This document shows positions 56,023 to 64,000 of a stretch of 64,000 nucleotides of DNA, piece after piece. The stretch lies in contig CAVRBV010000012.1 in assembly GCA_963719295.1 (NCBI GenBank), positions 1,764 to 65,763 of the forward strand, read 5' to 3'. Source of the DNA: Ilumatobacteraceae bacterium (GTDB lineage Bacteria; Actinomycetota; Acidimicrobiia; Acidimicrobiales; Ilumatobacteraceae). A program made the position numbers and the translations under genes. The notes under the pieces are model-generated. The model was given only the letters and a program-made list of their open reading frames with translations, had not been told where the DNA came from and did no database searches. Every line of letters starts with the position of its first letter. Position 1 is the first letter of the stretch.

Positions 56023-58424
56023 GCGCCCCCGCCTCGACCGTGGCCGCGTCACCGCCAGCGCCGAGGGACGACCGACCGCCGGGGGAGCGCTACTACCGCC
56101 ATCCCGGCGACGTCGTCCGGCTCGATCGGCTGGGGCTCCGCCGTACTGCTCCTCCTGCTGTTCCTGGCGGTCGCCACGGCGACGAGCGACGGCGTGCGTG
56201 CCGACCTCGGTGGGGTCGTCACCGCCGTGCCGACCGCCGTCCGTCAGCTCCTCCTCGTGATCGTGCAGATTGCCGCGGTCGTCATCGCCGTCGCCCTCGT
56301 CGCGGTGTTGGCGTGGCAGCGCCGCTGGCGGCGGCTGGCGACGGCGGTGGGCGCGGCGGCGTTGGGCGCGGCGGCGTGGTGGCTGGTCGAGCGGGCGCTC
56401 GACGAGCCGGCCCGGTTACCGGGGTCGCTCGCCGGCGACTCGTGGCTGCTCTCCAGCCGCTTCCCGTCGCCCGGCGCACTCGCCGGTGCGTTCGCCGCGC
56501 TCACCGTGGGCTTGCCCTGGCTCGCTCGCCCGTGGCGGCGCGCGTCCGACATCGCCGTGGCCGTGTTGACCGCCACGATGGCGCTGGCGGGGACCGCCGG
56601 CGCCCCCGAACTGCTCCTCGTGTTGGCCGTCGGCGGCGCGGTCGGGTCGGCGGTGCTGGTGGTCGTCGGCGCTCCCAACCGCCGTCCGACGCGGGCGGCG
56701 GTCGCCAACGCCCTCGCCGACACCGGGTTCGAGGCGCCGCAACTCGAGCTCGCAGCGCGTCGTCGGAGGACGCTCCCAGCTCTACCGCGTGACGGGGCCC
56801 GACGAGTCGTGGTTCGTGAAGGTGTACGCCGAGGACAGCCGCGACGCCGACCTGTCTGTACCGGTGGTACCGCCGCGCTCTGCTCCGGGACCCGGGTGAC
56901 GCCGGCGGCTCGCCGACCCTGGCCGGCGAGGTCGAGCACGAGGCGTTGCTGCTGATGCTGGCCGAGCGCGCCGGCGTCGCCTGTCCGCAGCTCCGGGCGG
57001 TGGTCGCCCCTCGGCGACGGCTCGATGGCGTTGGCGATGACCGACGTCGCCGGCGTGCAACTCGACTCGCTGGCTCCCGAAGCGCTCGACGCGGAGCTGC
57101 TCGACCGCACCTGGCGGGAGGTCGCCCGGCTCCACCGCAGCGGACTCGCCCACCGGGCACTGCGCGCCGGGAACATCCTCGTCGGTGACGACGCTCGACC
57201 GGTGCTGATCGATCTGGGGTTCGGCGCCGCGGCGGCCTCGGCGCGCCTGCAGGCGATCGATCGCGCCGAGCTGCTGGCGTCGCTCGCCGTCCTCGTCGGG
57301 CCACAGGACTCCGTCGCCTCCGCCGTGCGGGTGATCGATCGCGACGACCTGGTCGCCGCCCTTCCCTATCTCCAGCCGCTGGCCCTGTCGCATGCCACCC
57401 GCGTGGCGACGTCCAAGTCACTGCTGCGCGAAGTCGCGTGAGCTGCTCGCCGCGGCCATCGGCGCCGATCCGGTGCCGCTCGCCCAGCTGGTCCGCGTGC
57501 GCCCGCGGACGCTGATCATGATCGCCACCCTCACGGGCGCGTTCTACATCCTGCTTGCCGCAACTGGCGAACGTCGACGAGAGCATCCGCGCGTTGCGCT
57601 CGGCGAACTGGCTGTGGCTCGCCGGAGCGCTCGTGATGTCGGCGTTGACGTACGTGTTCTCGGCGGTCGGACTGCTCGGTGGCGTGGGGACGCGATTGCC
57701 GTTCGGGGCCACCGTCGAGGCCTCGGTCGCCTCGTCGTTCGTCAATCGCGTCACGCCGGCCAACGTCGGCGGCATGGCGCTGAACATCCGCTACATGCAG
57801 AAGGCGGGAGTGCCACCCGCCGAAGCGGCGACCGGCATGGGCCTCAACGTGATCGCCGGTGGCATCGTGCACCTCGGGTTGCTCGTGGGCTTCTTCGCAT
57901 GGGCCGGCCAGAGCAGTTCGACGTCGTTCTCGGTACCGGGCGGCAGCAAGCTGCTCGTGGTGATCGCCGTGTTGCTCGCCGTCGCCGGCGTGGTGATCGC
58001 CACGCGGCGGGGGCGCCACCTCGTGCGCTCACGGGTGGGGCCGGCGCTGCGCCGTTCGCTCGCCGGCGTGGTGTCACTGGCGCGCTCGCCGGCCCGGCTC
58101 GCACTGCTCTTCGGCGGCTCGGTGGGCGTCACGCTCGCCTACATCGCAGCGCTCGCCTGCGCGATGGCGGCCTTCGACAGCGGCACCAGCTTCGCCCAGA
58201 TCGGCGCGGTCTACCTCGGAGCGTCGCTCATCGCGGCCGCCGCACCGACGCCCGGCGGCCTCGGCGCGATCGAGGCCGCCCTCGTCGCCGGGCTCACCGG
58301 CGTGGGCGTCGACCCAGCGATCGCCGTCGCCGGTGTGCTCAGCTACCGCCTGGTGACGTACTGGGTGCCGATCCTGCCCGGGTGGCTCTCGTTCCGTCGG
58401 CTCGATCGGCGCGGCTACATCTGA
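56019..58424 (+). CDS. Membrane protein with kinase-like domain and lysylphosphatidylglycerol synthase TM (flippase-like) domain (frameshifts)
   Basis: FVKVY, HRALRAGNIL, LIDLGFG; C-term NRVTPANVGG, PTPGGLGAIE, YRLVTYW. Confidence 0.8.
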
Positions 58425-58432
58425 GCCGGCAC

Positions 58433-58492
58433 CTCATTGGTGCACCCTTGATCGGTGCAACGACTTGAAGCTGGTGACGGTGCACCAATGAG
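58433..58492. terminator. 14-bp perfect inverted repeat between convergent genes
   Basis: CTCATTGGTGCACC at 58433-58446 and GGTGCACCAATGAG at 58479-58492. Confidence 0.55.
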
Positions 58493-58537
58493 CCGAAGAC
58501 CGTGCTTGTCGGTTCGCTCGCTCGCAGACTCGCTCGC

Positions 58538-58963
58538 TCACACCGGGTCGCTCGTCACGCGGCTGCGCATCTCGTGCTGCAGCACCGGCAGCCAGACGAT
58601 GAGCACGTCGCCGGGGAACTCGAGCAGGTGCTCGCGGCGAAGATCGCGGGCGCGCCGGACGTCGCCGGACAGCGTCGCCTGGACGACCTCGAGGTGCTGG
58701 CGCTCGGCCCGGCTGATGGCACACGCGCGCACGAGGCAGCGACTCGTAGGGTCGTCCCTCGAGCGCCAGCGCGACCGCGAGCGCGGCGCGGGCCGAGCGC
58801 GAAGCCGGGGTCGAGGGCGATCGCCGTGGTCGAGGAGGTGCGACGCGTGGGCGCCGCCGGCGACGAGGGCGGCGACGCCGACCGCGATAGCTCGCGATCG
58901 CCGAGACGTCGGACGACAAGCGGCGGCGCTTCCCAGCGCGTCGACTCCGACCCCATAGCCCAT
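58538..58963 (-). CDS. Short helical protein resembling the N-terminus of TTC38-like TPR proteins (frameshifted)
   Basis: Reconstructed AIALDPGFAL.., SRAERQHLE, REHLLEFPGD. Confidence 0.4.
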   Translation of the reverse strand: MGYGVGVDALGSAAACRPTSRRSRAIAVGVAALVAGGAHASHLLDHGDRPRPRLRARPAPRSRSRWRSRDDPTSRCLVRACAISRAERQHLEVVQATLSGDVRRARDLRREHLLEFPGDVLIVWLPVLQHEMRSRVTSDPV

Positions 58964-59072
58964 CGTCTCCCGCGGGCTGATGTCGCGCTGACGGCGTGGT
59001 GACCGATGCGACGCGTTGCGGTTCGCGAAGTAGCCTGGCGAACTGCGGAACCCACTGGGGAGAGGGACGGCT

Positions 59073-62000
59073 ATGAACAGCCCGATCCGCGTCGCACTGC
59101 TGGGACCAACCGAGGTGCGCGTCGGCAACGAGGTGGTCCCGATCGCCGGGACCAAGCTGCAGTCGGTGCTCGCGCTGCTCGCGTTGGCCGCACCGCACCC
59201 GGTGCCCGACGGTCGGCTCGTCGAGGAGCTGTGGGGAGACGCCCAGCCGGCGAACGCAGCGAACGCGCTGCAGGCGCTCGTCTCGCACCTGCGCCGGGTG
59301 CTCGGCCGCGGGTGTCATCGTGCGCCAGGGGTGCGGCTACGCCCTGGCGATCGATCCCGATCAGGTCGACGCGATCCGGCTCGAACGCCTCGTGCGCCAG
59401 GGCCGCGAGGAGTCGGCCCGCGGCGAGCATGCGGCAGCCGTGCAACGGTTCCGAGCGGCGCTCGGCCTGGTTCGCGGGGAGCCGTTCGCCGAGCTCATCG
59501 ATCGATGGTTCGCCCGCGACGCGGCGGCCCGGTTGGAAGAGATCGCCCTCTCGGCGCACGAGGGTCTGATCGACAGCGAACTGGCGATGGGGCGCCACAC
59601 CGAGGTGTTGAGCACCCTGTCGGAGTTGGTCGTCCTCCACCCGCTCCGCGAGCGCTTCCGAGCGCAACTGATCATCGCGCTGTACCGCTGCGGGCGTCAG
59701 GCGGACGCGCTCGCGGCCTATCGAACGGCCCGCGACTACCTCCTCGACGAGCTCGGCCTCGATCCCGGGCGCGAGCTGCGCGCCTTGGAGCGCTCGGTGC
59801 TCGCCCAGGACCCGGCGCTGGACGCACCGATCGCGCTCGCGTCCCCGTTGCCCGGGCCCGGCCTCACTGCCGCTCGTCCTGACGTCGTTCGTCGGCCGCG
59901 AACGCGGAGCTGATCGAGCTCTCGGCGCTTCTGCGCGACGAGCGTCTCGTCTCGCTCGTCGGACCCGCCGGGGTGGGCAAGTCCCGGTTGGCGCTCGAGC
60001 TCGCCCGCGGGCTGGCCGACGACCAGGAGGTGTGGTTCGTGGAGCTCGCACCCGTCGTCGACGCGGGTGCGGTGGCCGAGGCCGTCGCCGTCGCGGTCGG
60101 AGCACCCGAGCGGTCGGTCCACGACGGCGGCGTCTCCGCGGCGCCGGCCGAGCGGGTGATCGAGCGTCTTGAGGGACCGGCCGGCGATCGTCGTGATCGA
60201 CAATTGCGAGCACGTCGCCGCGGCGGTGGCCGACATCGTCCGTCACGTCCTCCTGCGTTGTTCTCGTGCGCGGGTGCTGGCGACCAGCCGGGAACCGCTG
60301 CACGTCGACGGGGAGCACCAGATGGCGGTTGCGCCGCTGACCGACGAGCGAGGCCGCGGTGCTGTTCGTCGAGCGCGCCCGCGCCGTGCAACCGCACGTC
60401 GCGAGCGACGCCGATCGCGACCACATCGCCACGCTGGTGCGTCACCTCGACCGGTTGCCGCTGGCCATCGAGCTCGCCGCGGCGCGGACCAAGACGTTGC
60501 CGGTGCTCGAGATCATCAGCCGGCTCGACGACCGCTTCCGCCTCCTGCGTCAGACGTCACGCGGCGCGCCCGATCGCCACGGCGGGCTGGAGGCGGCGAT
60601 CGCGTGGAGCTACGACATGCTGTTCGCCGACGAGCGACGGACCTTCCGCCAGCTCTCGGTGTGCCCCGGAGGGATCACGGTCGATCTCGCCGAGCGGTTG
60701 TGCGGACCGGACGCCCTCGACCTGGCGAGCCGCCTCGTCGATCGATCGCTGCTCGTCGCCGACACCAGCGGGTCGGCGGTGCGCTTCACGATGCTCGAGT
60801 CGCTGCGGGCGTACGGGCTGGCCCGTCTCGAGGAGTGCTCCGAGACGGCATCGGCGCGGACCGACCACCTCTCGTGGTGCGTGGAGTTGGCGACCACGGC
60901 ACACCGCGAGACGCGCGGCCCCGCCCAGCTGGTCTGGCTCGCCCGACTCGACCAGGAGCACGACAACGTCCGCGCCGCCCTCGGCCACGCGGTGTCCACG
61001 ATCCCGACCTCGCCCTCCGGCTCGTCGGAGAGCTCGTGCTGCCGTGGTGGTTCCGAGGGCGTCGTCAGGAGATCCGCGAGTGGGTCGACGCCGCGCTCGC
61101 CGCCGCCGGGACGGTGCGCATCGCCCGGCCGCGCACGCGTCCTGGCGTGGAGCGGACTGGTCGCCGAGCCCGGTCCGGGACCCGGCGGCTCGACCACCGA
61201 TCCCCGTGCGGAGCTGGCGCTCGCCGAGTCACACGGGCCGCGAGGCGCTGGCGATCGACGAGGAGAACGGCGACGCCGAGGCCACGGCCTACGACTGCTT
61301 GCTGCTGCTGTCCACGCTCACCCGGCAAACCTCGATGGGAGAATCACCCACCCCGCCCGACGCGGCATCGCTGTACGCCCGCGGCCAGGAACTGTTCGAC
61401 CGACTCGGCGACGATTTCGGGTCCGGCGTCATCCGCATCACCGACGCGATGCTCGCGATCGCCGAGGGCGATCTCGCCCGGGCGGACGCTCGCGTCGAGG
61501 CCGCGAGCCCGTTCGTCGACCGCCTGGGCGAGCGCTTCTCGACCAGTCGGCTGGAGTACGTGCGCGGCATGCTCGAGGCGCTCGCCGGCATGCCCACGGA
61601 CCGCCTACGGCCACATCGAGCACAGCCTGCGACTCGCCAACGAGTTGGGCATCCACCACACGGTGACCGCCCAGGCGAGGCTGCTCGTGCATCTCGCCGA
61701 ACGATCGGGCGAGGACGGCCTCGCGGCCCAGTGGCGGTCCTTCGTGGAGGGCCGCGGCGCCGGATGGACGCACTACGACGCCAGCGTGATGGCGTCGGCC
61801 TACAACCGCGTCGGGATCCGCGCCCGCGCCCATCGCCAGCTCGCTCGCGCCGAGTCCGCCCATCGCGCCGCCCTCGACTGGTACCGCGCCGCGGGGCTGT
61901 CCGAAGGCGTCGCGCTGTCCGAGTCGAGCCTCGGGTTCCTCGCCCTCGACCGTCGCGACGAGGCCGAGCGCGACCAGGCACCATCCGCGGCGGTCGACGC

Positions 62001-62283
62001 GGCCGTGGAGAGCAAGGACGACGCCTGCGTGGCACTCGCGCTCGAGGGCGCTGCCGTGCTGGCGACACGGGCCGGCGACTCCGCTCGTGCCGCCCAGCTG
62101 CTGGGGGCGGCGCGAACGAGCCGGGCGGGCACCGTCGTGTCGACGGCCACCCATCGTGGCGACATCGACGACGTCGAGGAACGCCTGCAGAGCGAGCTCG
62201 GCCCCGAGCACCTCGCCCGGCTGATGGAGCTCGGTGCCCGGCTCGAGCGTCGGGCGGTGCTGGCGATGGCCCGTTCGGGCTGA
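59073..62283 (+). CDS. AfsR/SARP-type regulator (OmpR HTH, BTAD, NB-ARC, TPR), frameshifted
   Basis: LLGP.EV, LQALVSHLRR.LG, HPLRE, GRQADALAAY, ELGLDPG, GPAGVGKS, LPLAIELAAAR. Confidence 0.88.
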
Positions 62284-62310
62284 CCGCGACGCTGTAACCA
62301 CCAACCGATC

Positions 62311-62344
62311 GGCGAAAACAGGACCGTACGGACCTGTTTTCGCC
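62311..62344. terminator. 34-bp near-perfect palindrome between convergent genes
   Basis: GGCGAAAACAGGACCGTACGGACCTGTTTTCGCC, one mismatched pair. Confidence 0.6.
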
Positions 62345-62367
62345 CATCGTCGTGATGACCCTGGGAC

Positions 62368-63194
62368 TCACGCGGGGCGGACTCGTCGAGCGGGCGCGAC
62401 ACCCGGCGCAGCCACGAGAGCGTGACCTCGTTGAACCGATCGGCCGCGCTCGATCGAGGCGAGGTGGCCGGCGCCCTCGAACACCACCAGCTCGGCGCCC
62501 GGGATCGCCGCCGCCAGCTCCTCCGACGCGGCCAGCGGCACCAGCACGTCGAGCTCGCCCACCGTCACCAGCGTGGGCACGGCCACCTCGGCGGCACGCC
62601 GCGAGGTCGTGGGTCAGGTTCGCCTCGATCTGACCGTGCAGGCCCTCGTAGGTGGCGTGTTGGCGCGCATGTTGGCGAGGATCGTCGTGAGCCGGTCGTG
62701 GTCGGTGGAGAGGAAGCGAGCGCTGAACAGCAACGGCAGGGTCGCCTCGTAGTAGAACTCGGTGCCGCCGCGTTCGAGGATCTGCTTGAGCAGGCCGAGG
62801 CTGAAGGCCGTGTAGCCGGCGGTGGCGAGCCAGCTCGAGTGCATCTGCAGGCTCAACACCCAGAGGGCTCGTGCACGGCGATGTACAGGGCGATCGCGCC
62901 GCCAAGCGACGAGCCCGACAGGTGCGCGCCCTCGAGCCCGAGCTCGTCGAGCAGGCGAACGTGTCGCCCGCCATATCGGCCACGGTGTACGGCCCCGGCG
63001 GCGTCGAGCTGCGGCCGACGCCGCGGTTGTCGAACGCCACGACCCGGAACTCGTCACGGTAGGCCGCCACCTGCGGCGCCCATCGGCTGCTGTCGGCGCC
63101 GGTGCCACGGATCAGCACCACGGCGCGGCGCATCGGCCGGGCCCGCTTGCTCGACATAGAGGTCGAGGCCATCGGCGATCGTGACGTGCGACAT
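62368..63194 (-). CDS. Alpha/beta hydrolase (enol-lactonase-like), frameshifted
   Basis: FDNRGVGRS, GSSLGG nucleophile elbow, PTLVTVGELD, GAGH. Confidence 0.78.
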
Positions 63195-63199
63195 CGTCG

Positions 63200-64000
63200 C
63201 ACCCTTCCTGGGTCGGGGACCGAGACGAGGCCAATGACCTCGAGAGCCATCACCACCGAGAGCAGCAACGGTTCGGACCATCGTCGGCCGGTGAGTTGGA
63301 TGCCGATCGGCAGGCCATCGTCGTCGCGTCCACCGGCACCGTCACCGACGGCAGGCCGGCGACGTTCTGAGCCACGGTGCTCGGCATCACCGCGTCCCGC
63401 AGGCCGTCAAGCCCCCGAACGGACGTGGTCCGGGTCGGCGACGCTGCTCGGGCCGACCGACCCGACCGGGCTGACGATCACGTCGACGCCCTCCAGCGTC
63501 CGCAGGATCGACGCCGTCGGCGCCGCCGGCGCGTAGGACGGTCAGCGGTGCTCGGAGTCGGTCCCCTGCTCGGCGAGCTCGAGCGTCGGCGGACGTCGGC
63601 CCCATAGTCGTCGGCGCGGCCGGGATACGTGCCGAGCACCGTCGTGGACCTGGAGCGCCTCGGTCATCTGGATCGGCGCCGACACGGCGTACCAGTCCTG
63701 CCGCGTCGGGGACGCGACATCGAGTGGCGCAACCCGAGCGAGCCGAGCACGGCGATCGTGTCGGGCGACGGCCCGCCGCGGCGCCGACAGGGCCTGGGTG
63801 ATGAGGTTCTCGACGGTGCGAACATCCGCGTCGTCGAGCTCGGACGGACCAACGAGGTCGTCGAGCGGTAGCGTCGCGACGGTCGCCGGGTCGTCGGGTC
63901 GGCCCGGCGGTGGCGGCGAGCGCCGCCGCAGGAGCGCGGCGTGCGGGCGAGGAAGCCCGGCGTGTCGAACGACGGGGCGAGGGCAGCCAGCCGACCCGGC
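63200..64000 (-). CDS. Amidase-signature family protein, 3' part (truncated by window, frameshifted)
   Basis: VDVIVSP and DDDGLPIGIQLTGRRWSEPLLL, typical amidase C-terminus. Confidence 0.55.

Overview
Very GC-rich actinobacterial DNA, probably Acidimicrobiia/Ilumatobacter-like (inferred from gene content). Most long genes are broken by single-base indels, which look like uncorrected long-read errors, so genes were reconstructed across frames and some ends are approximate. Layout: (1) 0-10.5 kb, a membrane/transport cluster (PAP2, two DUF6325+SHOCT pairs, MFS, SulP, DUF7144, CYTH-like protein, P-type ATPase, truncated LuxR). (2) 10.5-17.8 kb, small genes and remnants (methyltransferase, ECF41 sigma with CMD partner, orphan NuiA-like gene, PPOX, DUF4188, two LLM oxidoreductases) and an anomalous polypurine tract. 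(3) 17.8-39.6 kb, a catabolic island with a LacI gene and recurring GGAAACGTTTCC-type operators. It encodes a dimethylformamidase-like enzyme, an esterase, an amine-dehydrogenase-like protein, TPP E1 beta/alpha with a stand-alone lipoyl domain, a peptide-type ABC transporter, two enolase-superfamily enzymes, SDR, CoA ligase, TIM-barrel/Gfo-Idh-MocA and a P450. (4) 39.7-44.3 kb, hydroxyproline catabolism. (5) 44.3-49.1 kb, a LuxR-ATPase/OsmC/flavoprotein module. (6) 49.1-58.4 kb, an uncharacterised membrane PAP2/kinase/flippase operon. (7) A SARP regulator, a hydrolase and a partial amidase. Two interspersed repeat families stand out. Family A is a 46-48 bp REP-like palindrome centred on TTCTCGATATCGAGAA (6 copies). 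Family B is a MIRU-like linker: all 3 copies are open mini-ORFs joined by RTGA overlaps to both flanking operon genes. No rRNA, tRNA, CRISPR array or transposase was recognised.
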